Shown: positions 18,326 through 26,704 of the stretch, in pieces
How positions within the stretch are numbered: position 1 is the first letter of the stretch
Layout: every line of letters starts with the position of its first letter
NCBI GenBank assembly: GCA_005191425.1
Contig: SUPR01000008.1
Location: forward strand, 25,590 to 57,589
From: Candidatus Helarchaeota ASGARD archaeon Hel_GB_B
GTDB lineage: Archaea > Asgardarchaeota > Lokiarchaeia > Helarchaeales > HEL-GB-B
Direction: 5' to 3'
Length of the DNA: 32,000 nucleotides
Translations under genes and position numbers: made by a program
Notes under the pieces: generated by a model
What the model saw: only the letters and a program-made list of their open reading frames with translations
Told to the model about the DNA's origin: nothing
Database searches by the model: none

Positions 18326-18967
18326 TTAACCCTCCATTAAAATGTTTATATGTCTAACTCCGTCTATTGCATCATTTGCATAATCATCGGTTCCCATCTT
18401 TTTTGCAATTTCCATATTTAATGGTGCCCCACCTACAATTATTTTCACTTTATCTCGCAATCCCGCACTTTTTAATGCGTCTACAATGTTTTTAATTTCT
18501 TCGATAGTCATAGTAAGCAAACAGCTTAAAGCAATAACCTTTGCTTTTGTTTTTTTAATTGCTTTTATAATCTTATTAGCAGGGCAATTTGTCCCTAAAT
18601 CAATAATTTCGTATCCGGCAGAAATCAACATCGTAATTAATATATTTTTACCAATATCATGATTATCTCCTTTAACTGTTGCACAAATGATTTTTCCTTT
18701 ATTTCCTTGCTCATCTGCTTTTAAATATGGATTTAATACCGTCATTGCGTCCTTCATTGTCTCTCCCGCTAAAATAAGGTCTGTTAAAAAATATTCTTTT
18801 CTTTCATACAACCTTCCTACTTCGTCCATACCCTCTGTTAATACTTGTAATATTTGTTTGGGATCTGTACCTGCATCTAATTCAGCTTGAACAGTTTCTT
18901 TTATTTCATCTACATTTAAGTCGATAATTAATTCTTTTATTTTATTTAATGTCAAATTAAAGACCAT
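18326..18967 (-). CDS. Corrinoid (B12-binding) methyl-carrier protein, MtaC/MtbC-like
   Basis: N-terminal cap domain (GMDEVGRLYERKEYFLTDL), DxHxxG motif (GDNHDIGKN), ALSCLLT and IIVGGAP. Confidence 0.95.
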   Translation of the reverse strand: MVFNLTLNKIKELIIDLNVDEIKETVQAELDAGTDPKQILQVLTEGMDEVGRLYERKEYFLTDLILAGETMKDAMTVLNPYLKADEQGNKGKIICATVKGDNHDIGKNILITMLISAGYEIIDLGTNCPANKIIKAIKKTKAKVIALSCLLTMTIEEIKNIVDALKSAGLRDKVKIIVGGAPLNMEIAKKMGTDDYANDAIDGVRHINILMEG

Positions 18968-19186
18968 TTAATAATTTTATATGATTAATAGAAATAATTA
19001 TTTTAAGATATTTTACATTAACACCTTATATTTTTTAAAATTAGCTTTCATCAATGATTTTTTGTCCTTAAACTAATGTTCCCAGAGGTAATTTTTCTAC
19101 GAATTGTATCATTACACGTTTTAATGTATTTTATATCTTTAATTCGGAAATGTACCGACTAAATTAATAAAATTTATGGCTAATAC

Positions 19187-19220
19187 GTAAGAAATAAAAA
19201 AAAGTAAGAAATAAAAAAAT
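19187..19220. repeat. 17-bp tandem duplication GTAAGAAATAAAAAAAA / GTAAGAAATAAAAAAAT
   Basis: Read directly from the sequence. On the minus strand these are two U-rich tracts just after the orphan gene stop, so they may be a terminator. Confidence 0.7.
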
Positions 19221-19236
19221 AAATAATTTAGTTAAA

Positions 19237-19914
19237 TTAATTAAGTAATCTATGTTTATTATAACTCCAGATTAAGTCATCAAATTCTAGTGGATACAAT
19301 TTATTGTTGTAATAATCTTCGATTAACTCTATGATTTTCTTTTGACATAGTTCATATTTTTCTTTATCTATATTTGTTAAACTAGTCAAATTCATTTTTA
19401 GGGTTTGTAGCATGAATCTATCAATCGGCGAATTAAACCATTTTATTACTTTTTTGGCATATTCTTGGTCTGGTATATTGCTATAATAAAATACAAATTT
19501 TGTTGCAACGTCAATAATTTTAGCGGCTTGCCCCCAACTTATTCTACTTGTCGTTTGAGTTTTGACAGGTTTGATATTTTTAATTGCCCATTTACAAAAT
19601 TCATCGTGTAGTTCTACGTAGTCTTCTCTTCTTTCCATTTCGAACATTTTATTTATAGTATTGAATAATTTTGGTAATATCAATTCTTTTGATCTAGTTG
19701 AGAAATTTCGGAGCATAGTACTTATATTTAGTGATATATTTATTATGTTCTTAACTTTAGCTTCCATTACTTCTCTATAAAAATCTTTTTCTATTACTTC
19801 ATCATCTGAATACATCCTAATCCCCGTATCTCTATTACATTTTGGACATTTATTGTCTTCGGCAGACTTACCTTCCCATGTATAATTACACTCAAAGCAT
19901 ATAAATTTAACCAT
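19237..19914 (-). CDS. Hypothetical protein with N-terminal zinc ribbon (CFEC-x16-CPKC)
   Basis: 225-aa ORF with ATG start and AAGGT upstream. The C-terminal region (WGQAAKIIDVATKF, NSPID, LEFDDLIW) is not assigned with certainty. Confidence 0.75.
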   Translation of the reverse strand: MVKFICFECNYTWEGKSAEDNKCPKCNRDTGIRMYSDDEVIEKDFYREVMEAKVKNIINISLNISTMLRNFSTRSKELILPKLFNTINKMFEMERREDYVELHDEFCKWAIKNIKPVKTQTTSRISWGQAAKIIDVATKFVFYYSNIPDQEYAKKVIKWFNSPIDRFMLQTLKMNLTSLTNIDKEKYELCQKKIIELIEDYYNNKLYPLEFDDLIWSYNKHRLLN

Positions 19915-20051
19915 TTTAAAATAACCTTCTTAAAGATATTTTTATTATATCAATTTTTTTTGCTAAATATATATAGAAAATGAAGGTATTTAAACCTTAC
20001 AGAAAGGTAAGAATTCTATTCTTTATTCACTAATCTTAAAATCATCTATAT

Positions 20052-20217
20052 TCACAAATTTTGTCACAAATTAATTCACAAATTATTAAACTATTTTATT
20101 TTGATTTTTTATTGCCAAACAAATAAAGTTATCTAATTCACAAATTATTAAACTATTTTATTTTGATTTTTTATTGCCAAATAAATGCAGTTATCTAATT
20201 TACAAATTATTAAGCTA
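20052..20217. repeat. TCACAAATT x3 at 12-bp period running into a 62-bp tandem repeat (2 full copies plus a partial)
   Basis: TCACAAATT at 20052, 20064, 20076 and 20138. 62-bp units start at 20073, 20135 and 20197. Confidence 0.9.
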
Positions 20218-20492
20218 GTTAATTTTCAGCTTTCATTCACTAGAAAATATTCTGATCGATCTTCAAATTAATTTAATTTTGTGAATTAAATTGATTAAAA
20301 GAAAAGAAGTGCATTATTTAGGAGATCTTCTTAGACTATGATTAAAATTTGTAATAATTACGAAACAAAAAGGAATTAACACTTCTAATGGAATATTTAA
20401 TTTTAAATTAAAATTGTCGGGCACAGATTAATTTTCAAAAATATCTCTAAAATAAAATTATTTCTAAGATAATAATGATCAAAATTTTCTAT

Positions 20493-21155
20493 TTATTCAC
20501 GTAAATATACAATTCTTAAGAAATCTGCTGTATCTTCAGCAGAGTCGGCTATCGATTCTATGAATTCTATTAAAATATGTATTGTTATTGCAATAAATGG
20601 ATTACTTGGTGGTTCGATTGACAGCAATTTTTTATGTAATTTTAAATGGTCAATATCGACTATATGTTCTTGTTTATTGATTTTATGTATTTCTTCGATT
20701 AGTTCATCTTTTTTTAGTTTTGCAGGGTTAAGAAGCATATTTTTTAGGAGAAAAGCGCATTCTTTTGCATCACTTAGCATTTCTATTAGGTCTTTACATA
20801 TTGGTTTAATCATTTCTGGCTTTAATATAGATAATCTCCTACCTGCTCCATTTGCAGAGTTTGCCAACCGGTCTAAATTCTTAACTAAATGAGCCAAATT
20901 TTCCCTAATATTAGATGGCAATAAACTTTTGGAGAGTTTATACATTAAATCTCTACGAATATTATCAGCTTCATTCTCAATCTTATTAATCTTCTTAATA
21001 ATTTCTTTTGAAACTGCAATATCGCCTTTACAAAACTTTTTTAATGCAGATTCAAGTTCTACTACTGCATCATATACTTTCATTGCATGCGATCTGGTTA
21101 ATCTTAAGATTTCGTTTTCTTTTTTGGCACCAAAAAAGTCAATTAATTTGCTCAT
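20493..21155 (-). CDS. DUF47 / TIGR00153 PhoU-like phosphate transport regulator
   Basis: 220 aa helical protein with duplicated E-x-x-A/V-D motifs (IENEADNIRR, QEHIVD) and IADSAEDTADFL. Confidence 0.88.
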   Translation of the reverse strand: MSKLIDFFGAKKENEILRLTRSHAMKVYDAVVELESALKKFCKGDIAVSKEIIKKINKIENEADNIRRDLMYKLSKSLLPSNIRENLAHLVKNLDRLANSANGAGRRLSILKPEMIKPICKDLIEMLSDAKECAFLLKNMLLNPAKLKKDELIEEIHKINKQEHIVDIDHLKLHKKLLSIEPPSNPFIAITIHILIEFIESIADSAEDTADFLRIVYLRE

Positions 21156-21257
21156 TTATTTTCACTGAAAATTCAATCAATTTTAATGATATATAAATCT
21201 CTATATTTATATATAGTAATTTAAAAAAGATATTTAAAAACTTTTACATAAAATCAA

Positions 21258-22364
21258 TTAAAAAACATCGATTGCTTTTTCCAATCCCTCTTTTGGATAA
21301 GGAAATAGTAATGTACGGTCTGGTGAAAAATAAATTGCAACTTCTTCTCCTTCTTTAAACCAAGCTTTTGTTGCATGCCTTTTTAAAGTAAAAAGTTCTC
21401 CTGAAGTTAATCGCACTTCTTCAATACTATTTCCAGATACAAATTTAGACGTTTCTACGGTACCAAATAACACATTTTGCGTTTCTATTTTTTTGTTTCT
21501 TGAAATTTTTATATTTTCTGCTCTTATTGCAATAACTACTTTAGAACCAATTGGAAAATTTTTGTTAGAAACAAGAATTTTTTTCCCGTTTGAGAGCAAA
21601 ATGTAAGAGCCCTTTTCAACAATATCAATGATATTACCTTCTAAAAAATTACTAGTACTTATGAATCTACAAACAAATAAATTTTTAGGAGTTTCATAAA
21701 TTTCGCGTGGTGTACCAACTTGAATTATTTGTCCTTTGTGAATAATTGCTATTCTATCTGATACCATTAAAGCCTCTTCAGTATTCTGGGTAACATGAAT
21801 ACAAGTTAAGCCAAGTTTTTTTACTAGGTTCATAAGTTCATATCGTAAAGCCAGTCTAATCTTAGCGTCAAGAGCTGAAAGAGGTTCATCCAAGAGAATT
21901 AAATTTGTCGATGAACTTGCCATCATTGCTCTGGCTAAAGCAACCCGTTGTTTCATTCCCCCACTTAATTCATGTGGATATGCTTTTGGCCGGTTCTGTA
22001 ATAGGACTAACTCAAGCATATAATTTATCAACTGTCTTGATTCTTTTAATGTCTTTCCTTCAAGAACTCTTGGGCTATATCCGACATTTTTTTCTACTGT
22101 AAGGTGTGGGAAGAGTGCATAATTTGAGTGCTCAAAGACCATACCAATACCACGTTCTTCAGGTTCTTTGTCCGTCATATCCTCTCCGTCAAAATAAACT
22201 CTACCACTATCTGGCTTTAATAAACCGGCTATTATTTTTAATGTTGAGGTCTTCCCTGCTCCAGTAGGGCCACAAATAGTTAAATATTCTTTTGAATTGA
22301 TTTGTAAATTAATATTATAAAGAGAGTCCTTAATATTAATATTTTCTAATCTAATTTCGGTCAT
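21258..22364 (-). CDS. ABC transporter ATP-binding subunit 1 (PotA/CysA-like with TOBE-type C-terminus)
   Basis: GPTGAGKT, LSGGMKQR and LLDEP. The Q-loop reads VFEH and the H-switch reads VTQN. Likely start is ATG 22364, 7 nt after GAGGT; the track starts at TTG 22370. Confidence 0.95.
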   Translation of the reverse strand: MTEIRLENINIKDSLYNINLQINSKEYLTICGPTGAGKTSTLKIIAGLLKPDSGRVYFDGEDMTDKEPEERGIGMVFEHSNYALFPHLTVEKNVGYSPRVLEGKTLKESRQLINYMLELVLLQNRPKAYPHELSGGMKQRVALARAMMASSSTNLILLDEPLSALDAKIRLALRYELMNLVKKLGLTCIHVTQNTEEALMVSDRIAIIHKGQIIQVGTPREIYETPKNLFVCRFISTSNFLEGNIIDIVEKGSYILLSNGKKILVSNKNFPIGSKVVIAIRAENIKISRNKKIETQNVLFGTVETSKFVSGNSIEEVRLTSGELFTLKRHATKAWFKEGEEVAIYFSPDRTLLFPYPKEGLEKAIDVF

Positions 22365-22379
22365 TACCAATACCTCGAG

Positions 22380-23495
22380 CTATTCAAGTGCAAGTTCATA
22401 ATCCAAATCCTCTGGATATGGAAATAATAATACATTTTCAGGGTGTAATTTTATATAAACTTTAGACCCAACTTCAAATTGAATACTGGGTGGATAAGTG
22501 ACCTTGGCTTCAATGATATCACCATTTTCTAATTCTATATTAACTCGTAGGTGAGAACCTAAAAATGCAATATTATTGATATTACCTTCGATTAAATTAT
22601 TATCTTTTAATTTGTTTTCTTCAATAAATTCTTTAATCTTAACGAATTCTTTTCTTATTGAACCAATAACTCTATCTCTTTTATAAAAATGTTTATTTTT
22701 TGAAAAAATTATTGGTCCACCACCATGTAATTTAATTTGAGTATATTTATCAATAGATTTGACTTCTCCTTCTACGAAATTAGATTCACCAATAAAGTTT
22801 GCTACAAAAATAGCGTTAGGTTTAATATATAAGTCTCCTGGAGTCCCAACTTGTAAAATACTACCTTTCCGCATAACAGCGATTCTATCACTAATCATCA
22901 TTGCTTCATCTTGATCATGAGTGACATGTATTGCTGTTATATTTAATTTTTTGACCAACTTTCTCATTTCTACTCTAAATTCATCTCTATACCGTTGGTC
23001 TAATGCGCCTAATGGCTCATCTAATAGCAAAATCTTCGCACCCGTTGCAAGAGCCCGAGCTATTCCAATTCTTTGAAGTTGCGGCGCAGTTAATTCGAAG
23101 GGAAATTTGTCAACATATTTGTCCAAATTGACCAAATGGATATATTTTGAAACCCGTTCCTCAATTTCATCTTTATTGACTCCACGAACTTTACAAGAAT
23201 AACTAACGTTATCCCATACATCTAAAAATGGAAATATCTCGAAATGCTGAAATACCATTCCAATATTTCTTTCCTCTGGAGGTACATTAAAATCTATTTT
23301 TTTATCTCCAAAATAAATTTCTCCCGAATCAGCTTTTTCTAGCCCTGCAATAATTCTCAATGTAGTAGTTTTACCACATCCACTAGGCCCTAATAAAGTT
23401 AAGTATTCACCATCATAAACTTTTAAACTAACACCTCTAACAGCTTGAACGCTTCCAAAGCTTTTTTTAATATTATCCAAGATAATATCGACCAA
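22380..23495 (-). CDS. ABC transporter ATP-binding subunit 2
   Basis: GPSGCGKT, VFQH, LLLDEP and VTHDQ. The signature motif reads LTAPQ. TTG start. Confidence 0.95.
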   Translation of the reverse strand: MVDIILDNIKKSFGSVQAVRGVSLKVYDGEYLTLLGPSGCGKTTTLRIIAGLEKADSGEIYFGDKKIDFNVPPEERNIGMVFQHFEIFPFLDVWDNVSYSCKVRGVNKDEIEERVSKYIHLVNLDKYVDKFPFELTAPQLQRIGIARALATGAKILLLDEPLGALDQRYRDEFRVEMRKLVKKLNITAIHVTHDQDEAMMISDRIAVMRKGSILQVGTPGDLYIKPNAIFVANFIGESNFVEGEVKSIDKYTQIKLHGGGPIIFSKNKHFYKRDRVIGSIRKEFVKIKEFIEENKLKDNNLIEGNINNIAFLGSHLRVNIELENGDIIEAKVTYPPSIQFEVGSKVYIKLHPENVLLFPYPEDLDYELALE

Positions 23496-23516
23496 TTTTA
23501 TTCTCCGACTTTCATT

Positions 23517-25214
23517 TTATGTTTTAATTTTTAATATTTTTTCTCTTGTTGTTATATGTCTTAATATTAAAATTAAGACAAATGACAGGACAATTAAAAT
23601 AAAACTTGCAAATGCAGCTGAAGGTAGGTCAATAGACTCCACCCAGTCAACAATTGTAACTGGTATGGTTCGTACTAAACCCATGACTACAAATGTAGCC
23701 CCCGTTTCTCCAAGACTCCTAGTAAAGACCATAATAGAACCAGCAAGTAATGCATTTCTTAGAAGTGGGATAGTAACTTTTCTAAATGTAGTAAAACTAT
23801 ATGCACCAAGAGTTCTAGATGCCTCTTCATAACCCGAGACAATTCCTTCTAGACTTGCAATAAGCACCCTCGTCATATAAGGAAATGTAAATACGATATG
23901 GACTATTATTATTAACAAATATCCTGGCGTTAATAGTCCTCCTATAGACCTAAATGGACCTATTGTACCCCAAAATAAAAAAATTGAGAATCCAAGGGCT
24001 GATGACGGAATTGCAAGAGGTAAATCAATCAAAGTATCCAAGATTGCATTAAATTTACCCCACTTCCGACGCACTACAATTATTGCCATAGCCAGCCCTA
24101 AAACAATATTAATTAATGTTGCAACTGCAGCAATTGATAATGAATTCATCAAACTTATCCAAAGAGATGCCCATTTATTGTCCGATTGAAAAAAAACTTG
24201 GTTTATAGCGCCATTTGGGCCACTTAAATTTAAAAATAAATAATCTATACTATATAACGCAGGAATTAATATTAGAAATCCAAAAAAGAAGATAGTAAAT
24301 CCATCTCTTAACCACCTAAATACCTTTTTTGATAAGAATTTTTCAGTTCGGACAAAAACCCTATATACCGGCAGTCCAATTTTCCTGGTAATTGTTTTAA
24401 TAAGAATTAATAAAATAATAGCTATAATGACCAAAATCATAGCCAAAAAAGCAGCAGGTCCAAATAATGCTTGGGATTTTAACGTAACAATTTGTATTGG
24501 TGCAGTTTCTGCCACTCCATATACTATAAGTGTTGCACCAGTTTCTCCCAAACTTCTTGTAAATGCCAAAATTGCACCTGCTATTAGTCCTTCTTTAATC
24601 AATGGAGCTGTAATCGTCCTAAATACCGTAAACTTCCGAGCACCAAGGCTCTGGGCAGCTTTTTCAAGAGTTTCATCTTGGTTCATTAATATTACTTTTA
24701 TATTTCGAGTAATGTAAGGATATGTGAAAACTACATGGGTTAAAATTATCATAATAACTCCGGGCGAAATTAACCCTCTATCAAGCCCAAAGATCCATGC
24801 AATACCCGAACTTGAACCCCAAAATAATAAAATTGAAAATCCTAATGCAGCAGTGGGGACAGCCATTGGTAAATCTACAAGTGTGTCAAGGATCCTTTTT
24901 CCTTTAAAATCATATTTTACAAGAATAATCGCCATAGGAAGTCCAATTAATATATCTATAATAACAGTAATCGCCGATATCATTAACGAACGTAACAAGG
25001 CAGTACCCATATCTACAAATCGAGTTGACCCGGATACTGGATTATTAAAAATCCAAAACGAAACATCATTCCATTCTTGAATTACATAAGTGAAAATATA
25101 TAAAATAGGTATAATTATAATAACGAAAAAGATTAATAAACTAGTAAAATCGCCTATTATTCGAGCTTTTTTACTAGATAATGATTTGTCTATTTTTCTT
25201 ATTAGATCTACCAT
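23517..25214 (-). CDS. Fused two-domain ABC permease (CysT/CysW/ModB/FbpB-like)
   Basis: Two homologous halves (DLPMAVPTAALGF and DLPLAIPSSALGF), two EAA loops (EKAAQSLGA and EEASRTLGA), and RSLGETGAT twice. Likely start is ATG 25214; the track starts at TTG 25226. Confidence 0.93.
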   Translation of the reverse strand: MVDLIRKIDKSLSSKKARIIGDFTSLLIFFVIIIIPILYIFTYVIQEWNDVSFWIFNNPVSGSTRFVDMGTALLRSLMISAITVIIDILIGLPMAIILVKYDFKGKRILDTLVDLPMAVPTAALGFSILLFWGSSSGIAWIFGLDRGLISPGVIMIILTHVVFTYPYITRNIKVILMNQDETLEKAAQSLGARKFTVFRTITAPLIKEGLIAGAILAFTRSLGETGATLIVYGVAETAPIQIVTLKSQALFGPAAFLAMILVIIAIILLILIKTITRKIGLPVYRVFVRTEKFLSKKVFRWLRDGFTIFFFGFLILIPALYSIDYLFLNLSGPNGAINQVFFQSDNKWASLWISLMNSLSIAAVATLINIVLGLAMAIIVVRRKWGKFNAILDTLIDLPLAIPSSALGFSIFLFWGTIGPFRSIGGLLTPGYLLIIIVHIVFTFPYMTRVLIASLEGIVSGYEEASRTLGAYSFTTFRKVTIPLLRNALLAGSIMVFTRSLGETGATFVVMGLVRTIPVTIVDWVESIDLPSAAFASFILIVLSFVLILILRHITTREKILKIKT

Positions 25215-25227
25215 AATTCTCCACAAA

Positions 25228-26367
25228 TTATTTCGCTTTTGTTACTAACCACAAATCCGGAAGATATTTAAAAACATCACTTTGAATTGCTGGATTGTAT
25301 AATGGAATTGTTAAGTCGCGTTTAAGTCCATTACCATAGTTAAAAATTGAATTAAACGTAGAATTATAAGTTGCATTTAATAGAATTTTTGGGTTATAGG
25401 GCCTAAATCCATATTGGAACGCCTCTTTTATAGTAGAATTTAATTGTAAAAATTCTAAAAATTGTTTTGCTGCCTCATATTGTTTTTTCGAAACCCAACT
25501 TCCTTTTAAAATGGTAAATGGGTGGTCCGCTAATAATGTCCCATCTCGTGGATAGATTGCTATCGCTTTTCTGCCTGATACTCCATTGTTTATATTTATT
25601 ACCAAATTCTCATAAATCATAAAGACATCTAATGTTTGATCCATAGCTCGGTGCGCCAGAAAACCAGTACTTTTCCCATAAAATTCACATTCTCCCTCTA
25701 TATCATGCATCCAAACCCTCAAGCTGTTATTCAAGAGGTCATTTAATATAATTTCTGAAGTATTTTTCTTAAAAAAAGAAGCTACTTCCATTACAACAGC
25801 CATATATCCTGAATTTGATAATTGTGGGTCTGTATGGGATAACCTTAAATTAAATGATTGAACAGCCACATTTCTTAAATCATTAAAACTGGTTATTCCG
25901 TATGTATTATTAAAATCTTCCCATGTACCAATTACAAAAGGTGAATATATAATCCTAATATTTTCTTCACTATTAGAAATATTAATTAAATTCGTTTTAA
26001 ATATTCTATTCCATTCATTATTAAGATAATAAATCCAAATACTTGATGCGGGACTCAAAATCACAGGTCGGATCTCTCCCGTTATTGTCGAAATGCACAT
26101 ACTTCTTGAGCCCATTGGTCTAAAATTTACCGCAATCGTTTCACCACCATTTTTAGCAGAATACCAGTTGACAAATTCTGACACAATCGATTCAATCCAA
26201 GCCCGCTTCTCAGAACTATAAATCATTGTAAGTGTTACATCTGCAGTTTCAGAACTCCCCAGCATAATCCCAACTGGAATTCCAATCCCAAGACCAACTA
26301 AAAAAATTATTATAAACGCACCAAATTTTCTTTTATATCTATGCTTTATCCGTATATTTGAACTCAT
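25228..26367 (-). CDS. Membrane-anchored solute-binding protein (SBP_bac_11-like, of the type normally fused to a vWA domain)
   Basis: Basic N-terminus plus one TM helix, then YSSEK, SPASSIW, SPFVI, HTDP..SNSG, STGFL, YENLV and YPRDGTLLADHPF. Seven N-x-S/T sequons. Likely start is ATG 26367; the track extension to 26451 overlaps a separate small ORF. Confidence 0.8.
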   Translation of the reverse strand: MSSNIRIKHRYKRKFGAFIIIFLVGLGIGIPVGIMLGSSETADVTLTMIYSSEKRAWIESIVSEFVNWYSAKNGGETIAVNFRPMGSRSMCISTITGEIRPVILSPASSIWIYYLNNEWNRIFKTNLINISNSEENIRIIYSPFVIGTWEDFNNTYGITSFNDLRNVAVQSFNLRLSHTDPQLSNSGYMAVVMEVASFFKKNTSEIILNDLLNNSLRVWMHDIEGECEFYGKSTGFLAHRAMDQTLDVFMIYENLVININNGVSGRKAIAIYPRDGTLLADHPFTILKGSWVSKKQYEAAKQFLEFLQLNSTIKEAFQYGFRPYNPKILLNATYNSTFNSIFNYGNGLKRDLTIPLYNPAIQSDVFKYLPDLWLVTKAK

Positions 26368-26375
26368 TCTGAAAA

Positions 26376-26495
26376 TTACCCAATTAGTGAATATGCATAT
26401 CCCGTTATATAACCAATTAATATTCCAACTCCAAGTCCAATTAAAAGACATATTGCTAAAATTGTTAACTTAACGGTCAATCTCTTAATTTTCAT
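26376..26495 (-). CDS. Small single-pass membrane protein, 39 aa (MKIKRLTVKLTILAICLLIGLGVGILIGYITGYAYSLIG)
   Basis: Hand-translated ATG-to-TAA ORF, below the track length cutoff. Basic N-terminus followed by a Gly-rich TM helix. Its stop lies 8 bp before the solute-binding protein start. Confidence 0.6.
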   Translation of the reverse strand: MKIKRLTVKLTILAICLLIGLGVGILIGYITGYAYSLIG

Positions 26496-26704
26496 TTACC
26501 AACAATTCCATTAAATTGATCCAGAGAACCTTTATAATCTTCATAACTTTTTGGTTTGTGCTTGTGTAATTATAAACATTCTGAATTATAACATCTATTT
26601 TCTAATTTAGTTTAAAATTCTATTCTATTTATTATTATTCCCTTATTTATTTAAATAAAAATATTTTCGACATAGAATATAAATTTATATTGTAAAAAAA
26701 TATA

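Noticed and set aside
19983-19998. AAGGT-N6-ACCTT palindrome around a TATA-like TTTAAATA upstream of the orphan
   Set aside because: Short arms and a single occurrence; it cannot be separated from chance without comparative data.
19187-20013. GTAAGAA on both sides of the orphan as a target-site duplication
   Set aside because: Only 7 bp in very AT-rich DNA, with no terminal inverted repeats or transposase.
20073-20217. CRISPR array
   Set aside because: The units are directly tandem with no unique spacers, there are only about 2.3 copies, and no cas genes are present.
20342-20430. Start-less open stretch LKFVIITKQKGINTSNGIFNFKLKLSGTD
   Set aside because: No start codon, too short and no recognisable motif.
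20040-20490. Archaeal replication origin
   Set aside because: No ORB-like G-string motif and no orc1/cdc6 gene in the window.
310-25080. Short antisense or overlapping ORFs in the track (e.g. 310-513, 1922-2170, 4972-5304, 6093-6404, 7813-8130, 13752-14069, 20560-20892, 24427-24717, 24724-25080)
   Set aside because: All lie opposite well-supported genes and show no motifs, so they are treated as shadow ORFs.
21258-26367. Canonical pstSCAB, or a definite spermidine/sulfate/molybdate transporter
   Set aside because: The subunits lack Pst signatures, and the PotA/CysA-like similarity is generic, so no substrate can be assigned from sequence alone.
26368-26451. 28-residue Trp-rich N-terminal extension of the SBP in the ORF track
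   Set aside because: It is an alternative frame of the 39-aa membrane ORF. ATG 26367 gives a normal basic plus TM N-terminus.
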